Source of the DNA: a bacterium
GTDB lineage: Bacteria > UBA8248
Assembly: GCA_965219955.1 (NCBI GenBank)
Contig: OZ244799.1
Coordinates: 2,432,001-2,496,000, forward strand
Direction: 5' to 3'
DNA: 64,000 bases
This document shows, in pieces, positions 29,163 through 39,690 of the stretch. How positions within the stretch are numbered: position 1 is the stretch's first letter; the number at the start of each line of letters is the position of its first letter. Made by a program: the position numbers and the translations under genes. A model generated the notes under the pieces. It was not told the DNA's origin, did not search any database, and saw only the letters and a program-made list of their open reading frames with translations.

Positions 29163-29591
29163 ATGAGAGTAGAAGAGAAGAGAATCGGCCGCATCTTCCG
29201 GGTCACGCTCGAGGCCGGAGACAATTTCTATACGAACCTGTGCGACCTCGTGAAGGAGAAGAACATCCGCGCGGGTTCTGTTTTCCTCATCGGCGCCCTC
29301 GCCGAGACGGACATGATATCGGGATTCAAGAGCATGGACGGCTACGACGTCGACCGCCTGCACTTCGAGGGCTGGCGCGAACTCGTGGCGCTCGGCAACA
29401 TCACCTGGCCGGACGAGCCGCCCCTCGCGCTCGGCGACGTGACCTGGGACGAGCCCCAGCCCTACGTCCACGTGCACATGGCCATCAGCGGCGGGCCGGG
29501 CGAGCCCGAGAAAGTCCTGGCGGGCCACCTGAGCGACGGCGTCATCAAGGGCGGGATGGTCGTCGAAATCTACGAACACCTCGACGCCTAG
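29163..29591 (+). CDS. PPC/DUF296 domain protein
   Basis: PYVHVHMAIS...LAGHL zinc motif; AAGGAG RBS. Confidence 0.85.
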   Translation: MRVEEKRIGRIFRVTLEAGDNFYTNLCDLVKEKNIRAGSVFLIGALAETDMISGFKSMDGYDVDRLHFEGWRELVALGNITWPDEPPLALGDVTWDEPQPYVHVHMAISGGPGEPEKVLAGHLSDGVIKGGMVVEIYEHLDA

Positions 29592-29616
29592 ATGCGTCCC
29601 TGATCCGCCACAGCCC

Positions 29617-29801
29617 GGGGCTGTTGAAAAAGCCTCCCTGACAAGGGGGGGGTCGGCAGGGAGACGTGTTTTCCCGTAGGGGCGGGCCTCTGTGCCCGCC
29701 CGCTGTTGATATACAACCCGGAGACGCAGGACAGGCACGGAGGCCTGTCCCTACAAACCTTCTGCCGGCAGGATTCCCATACCGGGGTTTTCAACAGTCC
29801 C
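29617..29801. repeat. MITE-like unit enclosing a GTAG REP pair
   Basis: GGGGCTGTTGAAAAA ... TTTTCAACAGTCCC; GTAGGGGCGGGC...GCCTGTCCCTAC inside. Confidence 0.85.
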
Positions 29802-29842
29802 GGTCCATCGGCGTTTGAGACAGTTTTGCAAGGAAAAAGACG

Positions 29843-30994
29843 ATGAACGAATCCTCCCTCGACAACCTCCCCTTCGCGCCCAGCGAAGACCCCTTCGTCG
29901 TGGAGCACGGCGGCTTCTACCGCCGGTGGTTCTCCATGATCGAGGACATCGAGGAGTTGAAAGGCGCCGTCGCCTCCCTAAAGGGCACGACAGACGATCT
30001 TTGGGTTCCCGTATGGCGCGGACTCGGCGCCCGCTATGAAGATCAGGCGGAGGAGTCCGCCGCAAGCGGCGATACGAGCGCCGCGCGGGAGAAGTTTCTC
30101 CTCGCCAAGACCTACTACAGCCTCGCGCGCTTCCCCCGGCCCCTCACACCGCTCAAGGAACAAGCCGACCGCGACTGCATACGCGCGTATTTAAGAGCGT
30201 GCGAGTATCTCGACCCGCCGCTCGAAGTCGTCGGCGTGGCGTGTGCGGGCGAGCGCATCACCTCCCATTTCCGCGCGCCGAAAGAAGCGGACGCCGAAAA
30301 CCCCGCCCCCGCCGTCCTCGTCATGTGCGGCGGGGACATGTTCAAGGAAGACCGCGGCTGGGCGGGCGAGATGGCCCTGGAACACGGCTTGGCCACCCTG
30401 GTGATGGACGGCCCCGGCACGGGGGAGAACCCCTTTCCCTACGAACCCGAATCCGTCACGGCGTGGAAGGCGGCTATCGACTACCTCGCATCCCGTCCCG
30501 AGGTGGACGCGGAGCGCATCGGCGCGTTCGGCATCAGCCGGGGCGGGCATTCGGTGATGCTGCTCGCGGGCTCCTATCCCGAAAAGGTGCGCGCCGCCGT
30601 GGCGAGCGCGGGCCACCACTTCGGCTACCGCATGACGGAGGCGGAGATGGCGAACTACGTCGCCAACAGCAAAAGGCGCGCGGCCTACATATTCGGCGCC
30701 CCCGGAGACGGCCCCTCGTTCCCCCCCACCACGGCCGAGAAAGAAGAGGCGCTCTTCAAGCGCTGGTCGCTGAGCGAACTCGGACTCGTGGAGAAAATCG
30801 TCTGCCCCGTCCTGATGATCAACGGAAAACACGACCACCTCGCCCCCGTCGGGAACATCTACTACATGCTCGAACACGGCCCCGTGACCGGCAAGGAGGC
30901 GCGCGTCTACCCCGACGACGGCCACTGCGCCTTCAAGCACTTCGCCGAGTGGGCGCCCGAGTCGTTCCGGTGGCTGAGGGAGAGGCTGGGGTGA
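29843..30994 (+). CDS. alpha/beta hydrolase, FrsA/DHPON-hydrolase-like
   Basis: GGDMFKED, DGPGTGE, GISRGG nucleophile elbow, GHC. Confidence 0.88.
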   Translation: MNESSLDNLPFAPSEDPFVVEHGGFYRRWFSMIEDIEELKGAVASLKGTTDDLWVPVWRGLGARYEDQAEESAASGDTSAAREKFLLAKTYYSLARFPRPLTPLKEQADRDCIRAYLRACEYLDPPLEVVGVACAGERITSHFRAPKEADAENPAPAVLVMCGGDMFKEDRGWAGEMALEHGLATLVMDGPGTGENPFPYEPESVTAWKAAIDYLASRPEVDAERIGAFGISRGGHSVMLLAGSYPEKVRAAVASAGHHFGYRMTEAEMANYVANSKRRAAYIFGAPGDGPSFPPTTAEKEEALFKRWSLSELGLVEKIVCPVLMINGKHDHLAPVGNIYYMLEHGPVTGKEARVYPDDGHCAFKHFAEWAPESFRWLRERLG

Positions 30995-31166
30995 GGGGCG
31001 GCCGTAGAGATCTAGCGCTGCCTGAGCTTTGTTACGAGCGCAGATTCAATGTCTATCGAGCCTTGCAGAAATCACTCTCCTCTTACGAGCGTGATATACT
31101 CGTGATAGAATTGCAGTAGCAATTCCAAGCCGTCTTTTTCACCGCTGAGAGACAAGGAGTGGGTTC

Positions 31167-31826
31167 ATGTCCAAGGTGGCTGATTCCATTGAAGTTTTTC
31201 AGGACTTGTTCTTGACTTGTTCCACCGAGGGTCGTCCGCATCTTCGCGAAGCGCTCCTCCAGCATACGCAGGCGCCCTGGCGTCATGCTGAAGAACTTGA
31301 AAAGAAAATCCAGCATGACGGTCATGATGTTATGGCGTTCGAACGTGAGTCCGGGGACAGTCTTCCCCCTTCTCGTTTGGTGCTCTGGGAAGAAGCAGGT
31401 GGGTATAAAGTAACGAATATTGTGCCGCTGGAGAGCGGTGAACTCGGGGTAACTGGTTATAATGATGCCCTCAACGACTTCAAAGACCGAATCGTAACTC
31501 CCGCTTCAATGGATTCTGGGTTCAGTGTAATAATTACTCCTCGCGAACAATCCATTGCCGATTGGACATCAAAAGAAGCAACTGATGCCCTTCACCGCTT
31601 TTCCGGGGGGGCGAACAAATTCACCGGGTCGGGCCATCCATCGGACAGAAAACGGTGGCTTGAGTTCCTGATGTCCGCCTACAAGTCCAAAACCAAGCTC
31701 GACCCGGAATTGCTGGAACGATGGCTGGTGGAAGTGGAGGAATGGCCGCCAGACGTCGCCTCCAGACTCGTCATTCAATATGAATTCGGACTGGACCTAT
31801 TGAACGAATATGATTGTTCCTGCTGA
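31167..31826 (+). CDS. hypothetical protein (lower-GC cassette)
   Basis: 219-aa ORF with AAGGAG RBS, 2 nt from the next gene. Confidence 0.75.
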   Translation: MSKVADSIEVFQDLFLTCSTEGRPHLREALLQHTQAPWRHAEELEKKIQHDGHDVMAFERESGDSLPPSRLVLWEEAGGYKVTNIVPLESGELGVTGYNDALNDFKDRIVTPASMDSGFSVIITPREQSIADWTSKEATDALHRFSGGANKFTGSGHPSDRKRWLEFLMSAYKSKTKLDPELLERWLVEVEEWPPDVASRLVIQYEFGLDLLNEYDCSC

Positions 31827-31828
31827 CG

Positions 31829-32518
31829 ATGCCGGTTCCACCGCCAAAAGATACTCCTGTCCTTTGTCTGGACACATGCGCGATTTTGGACATCATGCGC
31901 GATCCTACACGGGAAACGATTCGCGTACATGAACACGAAGCATCCCTGGCTCTGCTCCGAGCGGCTGAATCGGATAAGAAGCTGGTCGTCCTTATCGCCG
32001 AGCAGGTACGAGAAGAATTTGAAGATAATGTGGATAAGGTTCAAGAAGGCGCCGAAAAAGCGATGATGAAACTTCGCGATCAGATTAACAAAGTCAACGG
32101 CCTGGTGACTTTGCATGGCGCGTCGGGCTCGATCAATCTAAATCATTGGAAAGATCATGAAGTCCGATGCCACGAAGTGGCAAACCGCTGGCTGCAAATC
32201 GGCCACTTAGTCCCTCGAACCGAGCAAATCATTTCACGCGCTTATTTTCGGTCCACTAAGGCAATACCACCGGCTCGAAGCGGGAAAGATTCCATAAAAG
32301 ACTGTGTAATCCTGGAAACCTACCTCGCTCGAGTTCGCGAACTCAGACAAGACTGTCTAACGGCCCCGATTGTGTTCATATCATCCAATACCAGAGACTA
32401 TGCGGAACTTTCCGAGGAAGAGGCTGAAGTCCGGAACGATATCAAGGACGAATTCGAGTCTCTGGAGTTAGAATACGCCCCCAACATGGCGGCCGCCAAA
32501 CACTTCCTGAAACTTTAG
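31829..32518 (+). CDS. large PIN-like domain protein (DUF4935/PIN_12-like)
   Basis: LCLDTCAILD, VREE, KDCVILE, FISSNTRDY acidic-site pattern. Confidence 0.75.
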   Translation: MPVPPPKDTPVLCLDTCAILDIMRDPTRETIRVHEHEASLALLRAAESDKKLVVLIAEQVREEFEDNVDKVQEGAEKAMMKLRDQINKVNGLVTLHGASGSINLNHWKDHEVRCHEVANRWLQIGHLVPRTEQIISRAYFRSTKAIPPARSGKDSIKDCVILETYLARVRELRQDCLTAPIVFISSNTRDYAELSEEEAEVRNDIKDEFESLELEYAPNMAAAKHFLKL

Positions 32519-32523
32519 TCCGT

Positions 32524-33012
32524 TATTTTCGGAATATATCGAAAACGGACGTGAATGTTCAGGAATTTAAGTGAAACTCCCGTAGACCCGCGTCGTGCTA
32601 TCGGACGACCTCCTTCAAAGTCGAACTCTCCCGTAACAATCTCGTTTCACCCGTCAGGACAGGCACGGGGGCCCATCCCTGCAAACCGCGATCCTACCCT
32701 CCCGAAATCCGCCCGCAATTCCCCGCAATTGCCGTACGTCCCGGAATCCGGCTGTGCGCTATCGTGCGCGCGGCGCGGGAAAGGGATTTTCCTCGCACCG
32801 GATGGAGTCGATACGAAAGGACGGGAGGTTTCCCATGAAGCCGAATGAGGGGTCGGGAGCAGAGGCGGCGAGTTCTTCTCCCCGCGCGGAATCGAAACGC
32901 GCCGGGACAAGGAGGCGCTCCCACAGAAACAAGGACAACGGAAAATGGAAATAATGATATTTTCGATAAAATTGGATAAATTCACGGGGTTTTTCGATAA
33001 ATTCCTGAAAAT
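32524..33012. repeat. about 490-bp segment bounded by doubled imperfect inverted repeats
   Basis: TTTTC(A)GGAATWTATCGAAAA-like copies at 32524 and 32555; inverted copies at 32958 and 32984. Confidence 0.55.
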
Positions 33013-33330
33013 TATTTCTCTTGTAACTGTTTGTAATACAATGATTTGCCATCGAATATCAGCGTTCCGCACCCCGATTCGGCGGCAAAAAAAGTTATTG
33101 GAACCCGCGCATTTGCCCGCAACCCCCCGCATTTGCGCACGAGGGCGAGATGCCGGGAGAGGCTCCCAGAAACCACTCGTATGGTTCATGGAGACGCGGA
33201 CGTCTCCTCCGAGCCGCCCAAATTCACCGCATGGCCTCATCCGCCACAAACGATGTATAATCCCGCCACCGCACCGGCCGCCTGGTGCCGATCGTTTTTT
33301 CATTCCATTTTTCAAAACCAGGAGACCGTC

Positions 33331-34218
33331 ATGGAGCGCAGACAAGCGAGTGATTTCGACCAGGAACTGCTGGATCTCTTCGACGAGTACGTGCACGGCG
33401 TCATCGAGCGCAGGGAGTTTCTCGACAAGGCGGCCAAGTTCGCCGTGGGCGGCCTCACCGCCGCCGCCCTGCTCGACATGCTCTCGCCGGACTACGCGCT
33501 GGCGAAACAGGTCGACGAGAACGACGCGCGCATCAAGGGGAAAACGATTGAGTATTCCTCGCCCAGGGGGCACGGCAAGATCAAGGGCTATCTCGTGCGG
33601 CCCGCGGGCGGGGGCAGGCGCGGCGGCGTGGTCGTCGTGCACGAGAACAGGGGGCTCAACCCCTATATCGCCGACGTGGCCCGGCGCGTGGCCGTCGCCG
33701 GCTTCACCGCGCTCGCGCCCGACGGCCTCACCCCGCTTGGCGGATACCCCGGCAACGACCCCGACGGCAAGGTCATGCAGCGAAAGCTGGACAAGGCGAA
33801 GCTGCTTCAGGATTTCTTCGCCGCCTTCGATCACCTGAAAGCCGACGCGAGCGCGAACGGAAAAGTGGGCGTGGTGGGCTTTTGCTACGGGGGCGGCGTC
33901 TCGAACGCCATGGCCGTCCACAAGCCGGACCTGGCCGCCTCGGTTCCCTTCTACGGCCGCCAGCCAAAGACCGAAGCCGAGGTCGCCGGAATCAAGGCGC
34001 CCCTGCTGCTCCACTTCGGCGAATTCGATAAGCGCATCAACAAGGGCTGGCCCGCCTATGAGGCCGCGCTCAAGAAACACGGCAAGGAATACACCGCGCA
34101 CTTCTATCCCAAGGCCAACCACGGCTTTCACAACGACACCACGCCGCGCTACGACAAGGCCGCGGCCGAACTCGCCTGGAAGCGCACGATAGACTTTTTC
34201 CGGGCGAAGCTGGGGTAG
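33331..34218 (+). CDS. dienelactone hydrolase family protein (YghX-like)
   Basis: [25 protein letters not shown]; RREFL twin-arginine-like motif. Confidence 0.93.
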   Translation: MERRQASDFDQELLDLFDEYVHGVIERREFLDKAAKFAVGGLTAAALLDMLSPDYALAKQVDENDARIKGKTIEYSSPRGHGKIKGYLVRPAGGGRRGGVVVVHENRGLNPYIADVARRVAVAGFTALAPDGLTPLGGYPGNDPDGKVMQRKLDKAKLLQDFFAAFDHLKADASANGKVGVVGFCYGGGVSNAMAVHKPDLAASVPFYGRQPKTEAEVAGIKAPLLLHFGEFDKRINKGWPAYEAALKKHGKEYTAHFYPKANHGFHNDTTPRYDKAAAELAWKRTIDFFRAKLG

Positions 34219-34240
34219 ACCGATTGGATTGAGGAAGACA

Positions 34241-34263
34241 GCCTCCCCCGAGAAGGGGGAGGC
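34241..34263. terminator. GC-rich hairpin, possible terminator
   Basis: GCCTCCCCC-GAGAA-GGGGGAGGC just after the stop codon; weak U-tract. Confidence 0.4.
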
Positions 34264-34321
34264 GCCTTCTTAATTTTCCCGCAATACAGTTTCCCCCCAC
34301 CCCACCCATCTGACATAATGG

Positions 34322-35152
34322 ATGGCCATGAGGACCCTGTTCGGGCGGACACCGTCTCCGCCCGCCGTTTTCAACGAGACAGGGATTCCAAACCTCATGC
34401 GCGGCCTGCCGGGAAAATTCATCGACTTCAACAAATACATTTCCAGACGTTTTGATGAGATGTTGCCCGAGGAATTCAGGGTGGACGGGCAGGCGCATTT
34501 CAGAGAAGAATTCGTGCCACCCCACATCCCCGAGGGAGCGCTCGTTTACGATGTCGGCGGGGGGCGACGTCCCCTCCTCTCTGCACAGGAGAAAGAGCGG
34601 CGGGGCCTCCGGGTCGTCGGCCTCGACATCGACGGGGGAGAACTCATGCGCGCGCCGCGCGGAGCATACGATGCGACCATCCAGGCCGACATCACCCAAT
34701 ACCAAGGTTGCGAAACCGCCGGCGTGGTGATCTGCCAGGCGCTGCTCGAGCACGTCGCAGACACGAAATCCGCTTTCGCAGGCCTGGCGAGCATATTGAA
34801 AAAGGACGGCGTCGCCCTTTTGTTTACGCCATCGAAAACTTCACTCTACGCGCGGGTGAACCTCCTCCTCCCGGAGAGCCTCAAGCAGAAGCTGCTGAGG
34901 CTTCTCTATCCCGAACTCGCGGAGAGGTCCGGTTTTCCGGGCCGCTATCATCGCTGCACGTTGTCCGAATTCGAAGAAATGGCGCGCGGACAAGGCTTAG
35001 ACGTGGTTCAGAAAAGAGCCTATTACTACAGTGCGTATTTCAGCTTCTTTGCGCCCCTGCACGTTCTCTGGCGGTTGTGGCTTTGGGTTTTCTATCTCAT
35101 CTCGCGCGAGCGGGCGGCCGAGACCTTCAGCCTCGCGCTGCGCAAAATGTGA
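34322..35152 (+). CDS. class I SAM-dependent methyltransferase (start uncertain)
   Basis: VYDVGGG, VGLDID, LLEHV, LKKDG. Confidence 0.85.
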   Translation: MAMRTLFGRTPSPPAVFNETGIPNLMRGLPGKFIDFNKYISRRFDEMLPEEFRVDGQAHFREEFVPPHIPEGALVYDVGGGRRPLLSAQEKERRGLRVVGLDIDGGELMRAPRGAYDATIQADITQYQGCETAGVVICQALLEHVADTKSAFAGLASILKKDGVALLFTPSKTSLYARVNLLLPESLKQKLLRLLYPELAERSGFPGRYHRCTLSEFEEMARGQGLDVVQKRAYYYSAYFSFFAPLHVLWRLWLWVFYLISRERAAETFSLALRKM

Positions 35153-35203
35153 GGATGGAAACCAGGGCGCGCGAGGTTCATTCATTTCACCTGAGCGGAC
35201 ATC

Positions 35204-37150
35204 ATGTGCGGCGTTGCGGGTTTTCTCTTTACGCATCGGGAGACGGACGACCCCCGGGGCGTCGTCTCGAGGATGGCGGAGAGCCTGCGCCACCGGGGGC
35301 CCGACGACGGGGGAAGCTGGGTCGACGAAGCGGCAGGCGTCGCTCTGGGACACAGGAGGCTCGCCATCATCGATCTGAGCGCAGACGGCCGCCAGCCGAT
35401 GATCTCACGCGGTGAAAGATACGTCCTCTCCTACAACGGGGAAATCTATAATTTCATCGAGCTGCGCGATGAATTGGCGCGCGAGGGGGTACGCTTCAAG
35501 GGCCGCTCGGACACCGAGGTCCTTCTCTCCGCGGTGGAGACCTGGGGACTGGAGGAAACCGTGCGGCGGTTCGTCGGCATGTTCGCCTTCGCCCTTTGGG
35601 ATCGTACGGAGAAAACGCTGCACCTCGCGCGTGATCGCATGGGTGAAAAACCCATCTACTACGGCTGGTGCGGAAAATCCTTTCTGTTCGGTTCGGAACT
35701 CAAATCCCTCCGCGCGCATCCTGATTGGGAAGGTGAAATCTCCGCCGACGCGCTGGCCGCGTACATGAAACTGCGCTGCGTACCCGCTCCACACTCCATC
35801 TACCGGGGAATCCATAAACTGCCGCCCGCCACCATTTTGAGCCTGCGCGCCTCGGACAAGCCAGAACTTCTGGCCGAACCGCGCGTTTACTGGTCCGCAC
35901 AAGATGCCGTGAGGCGCGCATCCACAGAGAGAGAAGCACTCACCGACGATGAGGCGCTTGACCAACTGGAAGAAGTGCTGAAGCGCTCAATACGCCAGAT
36001 GCTGAGGGCGGATACGCCGCTCGGCGCATTTCTCTCGGGCGGGGTCGACTCCTCGACCGTGGCGGCACTGATGAAGGAGGAGAGCGGAGCTCCCGTTCGG
36101 ACGTTTTCCATCGGCTTTCACGAGAAAGGCTATGACGAGGCCCTCCATGCGCGCGAGATGGCCCGCTATCTCGAAACCGAGCATACCCAATTTTACGCCG
36201 GTCCGAGAGAAGCGCTCGAAGTCATTCCGCGCCTGCCCCGGCTCTATGACGAGCCGTTTGCGGATCCGTCCCAGATTCCCACGCACCTGTTGTGCGCCCT
36301 GACGCGCGACCACGTAACGGTCGCCCTCTCGGGCGATGGGGGTGATGAGCTTTTCGGCGGCTACAACCGTTATTTCTGGGCGCCCGGTGTCTCGAGGTGG
36401 AGCAGCCGCTTGCCGGAGCGACTGAGAGCGCGAATCACAAAGACCCTGACGTCGCGGTACCCCACACTGGCGCGATTTTATGAAAAAATATCTCCTCTGC
36501 TGCCCAGGCGCTACAGAGTCGAGATGGCTGGAGAGAAACTCCTCAAGCTGGCGGATCTCTTCGGCGCAGCGAGTCTTGATGAGGTGTACGAGCGCCTGAG
36601 AGCGCACGGCGATGCTTCGGTTTGCCTACCGGGGAATCAAAACGTGGAGAAGAGCTTCGCTACGGAATCCGCTCCAAGATATCTTCATCCCGCCGAAAGG
36701 ATGATGTTCCGCGACATGGTGGAATATCTGCCCGATGATATCCTTGTGAAGGTGGACAGGGCGGGCATGGGAGCGAGTCTCGAGGTGAGAGCACCCTACC
36801 TGGACCACCGGGTCGTGGAGTTCGTCTGGAGTCTCCCGTTGCGGCACAAGCTGCGCGATGGCGGGGGAAAATGGATTTTAAAGCGCTTATTGTCCCGCTA
36901 CGCTCCCGATTCGTTGATTCAAAGGCCCAAAATGGGATTCGCCGTCCCTATCGGCGAGTGGCTGAGAGGGCCTCTCAAGGATTGGGCGGAAGATTTGTTG
37001 AGTGAATCGCGCCTTAGGGGAGAGGGTTATTTTCACACAAAACCCATCCGCCGGATGTGGGAACAGCATGCCTCCGGCGCCAGGGACTGGCAATACTGTC
37101 TTTGGGGCATATTGATGTTTCAATCCTGGCTGGATGAACAAGAGCGATGA
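35204..37150 (+). CDS. asnB: AsnB-like glutamine amidotransferase
   Basis: MCG, HRGPD, HRRLAIID, NGEIYN, LSGGVDS, SGDGGDE. Confidence 0.93.
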   Translation: MCGVAGFLFTHRETDDPRGVVSRMAESLRHRGPDDGGSWVDEAAGVALGHRRLAIIDLSADGRQPMISRGERYVLSYNGEIYNFIELRDELAREGVRFKGRSDTEVLLSAVETWGLEETVRRFVGMFAFALWDRTEKTLHLARDRMGEKPIYYGWCGKSFLFGSELKSLRAHPDWEGEISADALAAYMKLRCVPAPHSIYRGIHKLPPATILSLRASDKPELLAEPRVYWSAQDAVRRASTEREALTDDEALDQLEEVLKRSIRQMLRADTPLGAFLSGGVDSSTVAALMKEESGAPVRTFSIGFHEKGYDEALHAREMARYLETEHTQFYAGPREALEVIPRLPRLYDEPFADPSQIPTHLLCALTRDHVTVALSGDGGDELFGGYNRYFWAPGVSRWSSRLPERLRARITKTLTSRYPTLARFYEKISPLLPRRYRVEMAGEKLLKLADLFGAASLDEVYERLRAHGDASVCLPGNQNVEKSFATESAPRYLHPAERMMFRDMVEYLPDDILVKVDRAGMGASLEVRAPYLDHRVVEFVWSLPLRHKLRDGGGKWILKRLLSRYAPDSLIQRPKMGFAVPIGEWLRGPLKDWAEDLLSESRLRGEGYFHTKPIRRMWEQHASGARDWQYCLWGILMFQSWLDEQER

Positions 37151-37151
37151 G

Positions 37152-38315
37152 ATGAGTAAAACTTTGCTTTTACTGGATTTAGAGGACAGATACTTCCTGA
37201 GCCACAGGCGCGCGCTGGCGCTGGCGGCCAAGGACGCAGGATATCGCGTCGTCGTATGCGTGAGAATCGGCGGAGAATACATGGAGAGGATTCGCGCGGA
37301 AGGAATCGAATGTCTCGCATTGGGGAGTGAGAACCGGGGAGGGATCAGTTTTTGGAGAGAATGTCTCGTCCTGCTCAAGCTCATTCGCGTTTACCTGAAG
37401 TATCGCCCCCGAATCGCCCACCATTTCGGTGTGAGAAACCTGCTTCACGGCTCGATTGCCGCGCGTCTCGCCAAAACGCCCTTCGTCGTGAACTCGTTCC
37501 TGGGGCTGGGCTCGCTCTTTTCCGAAAACTCGCTGAAGCTGAAAATTCTGAGAAAAATCGTCTTGTGCTCGCTGCGGCGTTTGCACCGGGCGAAAAACAC
37601 CCGCGTTATCGTGCAGAACGACGCCGATAAAGAGATGATTCTCCAAAACGTGCATCCCGATGAATCGCGCCTGAACGTCGTTCGCGGCTCCGGCGTCGAC
37701 GTCCGCTCCTATTATCCAGCGCCGGAGCCCCCGGGCACACTCCTGGCGGTGCTCGCCTCCCGGATGCTCGCGGAAAAAGGGGTGCATGAATTCGTAGAAG
37801 CGGCAGCCCTGCTGAAAAATGAGGGCACGGATATTCGCATGGTGCTGGTGGGAAGCCCGGACCCCAAGAATCCATCTACGATCCCCGAAGGTACGCTATC
37901 CCAATGGGACCGCGAGGGCCAAGTCGAATGGTGGGGCTACAGGGAAGATATGGCCGAAGTTTGGCGAGGCTGCCACATCGCCGTTTTACCGACGTATTAC
38001 AAAGAGGGACTCCCGAGAAGTCTGCTGGAAGCGGCGGCATGCGCCCGCCCGCTTGTGGCAACCGAGGTTCCCGGCTGCCGGGAGGTCCTCAAAGACGGAG
38101 TGAACGGACTTAGCGTCCCGCCTCGTGACGCCAGGAACCTGGCCGACGCCATCGGGAAGCTGGCCCGGGATTCTGGCTTGAGGCGAAGAATGGGCGAGGC
38201 GGGGCGAAGCATAGTGGAAAAGGAGTTTTCCGATGAAATCGTTACTGGAAAAATCCTGGAACTCTATGAGCACCTGAGCGCGACCGGGAAAAATCGTCTG
38301 GAAGAAGAAAACTGA
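37152..38315 (+). CDS. GT4 glycosyltransferase (CapM-like)
   Basis: GSGVD, RMLAEKG, EGLPRSLLEA. Confidence 0.92.
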   Translation: MSKTLLLLDLEDRYFLSHRRALALAAKDAGYRVVVCVRIGGEYMERIRAEGIECLALGSENRGGISFWRECLVLLKLIRVYLKYRPRIAHHFGVRNLLHGSIAARLAKTPFVVNSFLGLGSLFSENSLKLKILRKIVLCSLRRLHRAKNTRVIVQNDADKEMILQNVHPDESRLNVVRGSGVDVRSYYPAPEPPGTLLAVLASRMLAEKGVHEFVEAAALLKNEGTDIRMVLVGSPDPKNPSTIPEGTLSQWDREGQVEWWGYREDMAEVWRGCHIAVLPTYYKEGLPRSLLEAAACARPLVATEVPGCREVLKDGVNGLSVPPRDARNLADAIGKLARDSGLRRRMGEAGRSIVEKEFSDEIVTGKILELYEHLSATGKNRLEEEN

Positions 38316-38371
38316 TCCCCGGGTAGTCTATCGGATGGTAGATGAGGCCTTTCGCCCAATGCGATAACGGA

Positions 38372-39055
38372 CTAGGCCCCATGACCCCGCAGGCGTAATA
38401 AAATGAGCATCGTCAGGAATAGCACCTGCAAGTCCATCCAGAACGAGTAATTCAGAATGTAGTATAAATCGTGCTCCAGCTTTATTCTGTAGTCTTCAAT
38501 CTGGTCGACGTGGCCCTGCCGGATTTGCGCCCACCCCGTGATTCCCGCCGGAACGAGTTCGCGATATTCGAATTCGGGGTAGCGCTTCTTCGCTATCTCC
38601 AGAGTCTTGATGTACTCCGCCCTCGGACCGACGATGCTCATATCCCCCTTGATGACGTTCCAGAGCTGGGGAAATTCATCGAGATGATATCGGCGCAGGA
38701 AACGCCCGAACGGATAGATTCTTGGATCGTTCTCTTTCGTGGACATGGTTCCCTCCGGCTGATCGGCATTCACGCGCATGGTCCTGAATTTATAGAGAGT
38801 GAACAATCTCCCGCCTTGAGTGACACGGGCCTGGGAATAAAATATCGGCCCCTCGCTCACGAGCTTGACCAGGATGGCGATAAGGAGGCCAAACGGGGCA
38901 AACAGGATCAGAGCCGAAATGCCGAATCCCAAATCAAACACGCGCTTGCATAGATGCTGACGATGGCTCAATACCCGCCCGCTCTTCAGGATGGGTAATT
39001 TCCCGCTACCAGAAATGGACTCCAAAGGAACGCGGCCTTCCATGAGAGAACTCAA
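38372..39055 (-). CDS. bacterial sugar transferase (priming phosphoglycosyl transferase)
   Basis: KRVFD, KFRTM, LDEFPQLWNV, VGPR, GITGWAQ. Confidence 0.93.
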   Translation of the reverse strand: MSSLMEGRVPLESISGSGKLPILKSGRVLSHRQHLCKRVFDLGFGISALILFAPFGLLIAILVKLVSEGPIFYSQARVTQGGRLFTLYKFRTMRVNADQPEGTMSTKENDPRIYPFGRFLRRYHLDEFPQLWNVIKGDMSIVGPRAEYIKTLEIAKKRYPEFEYRELVPAGITGWAQIRQGHVDQIEDYRIKLEHDLYYILNYSFWMDLQVLFLTMLILLRLRGHGA

Positions 39056-39690
39056 GCTATTTCATGAGCGCATGAAGCATGATGCGACGAATGCGAACTC
39101 AAATATCTAGCGATTGCTCTTTTTCGCTTTACATCCAAACTGGATTCCCATATATTCGAATAAATAGCGAAAATAAAACGAAAACACTGCCGCACGACCG
39201 AAACAATATTCATAAGCCACCGCACAGGCGAAAAATACGGCATGGCCTCACACAAGATGATAAAGCGGATGGAAACGAGAAAAGAATCTGGCTGTAAGAC
39301 GAATAGCCGACTCTTTCCGAAGGATTTTGGGGGAAGTTGATGAAATGCGGATTTTCCTTCTATCGCTGAGGGCACTAGCCCACAGTCCTGGTTGTTGGAT
39401 GAGAGGGGTGATGACGAAAACACATGAGCATCGAACCTTCACCAATTTTGGCGCAAAAAGCGAGTCTGAGTCCTCGAGCCTTTGACGGGCTGGTCGGCGT
39501 GCAGACCACCACCCACAGGAAGCGGCTTCACACTTGCTCCGACTTAAAGACAGGCGTCTTGAATTCAGCGAGCAGCCCGTGAATCTACGCGCATGAATTG
39601 TATGCCAAAAAGCATAGTGTGATGAAAAATTAGAGTTGTCAACTTTAAGCGAAGCAAAAGAATTTTGAGGCATATGCGTTTTTATCGATC

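Noticed and set aside
31815-31830. Second selenocysteine read-through at C-S-C-TGA
   Set aside because: No SECIS-like hairpin, and the next gene starts 2 nt later in another frame.
39052-39673. ORFs 39052-39423 and 39248-39673 as genes
   Set aside because: No RBS, motif or consistent composition; treated as intergenic or decayed DNA.
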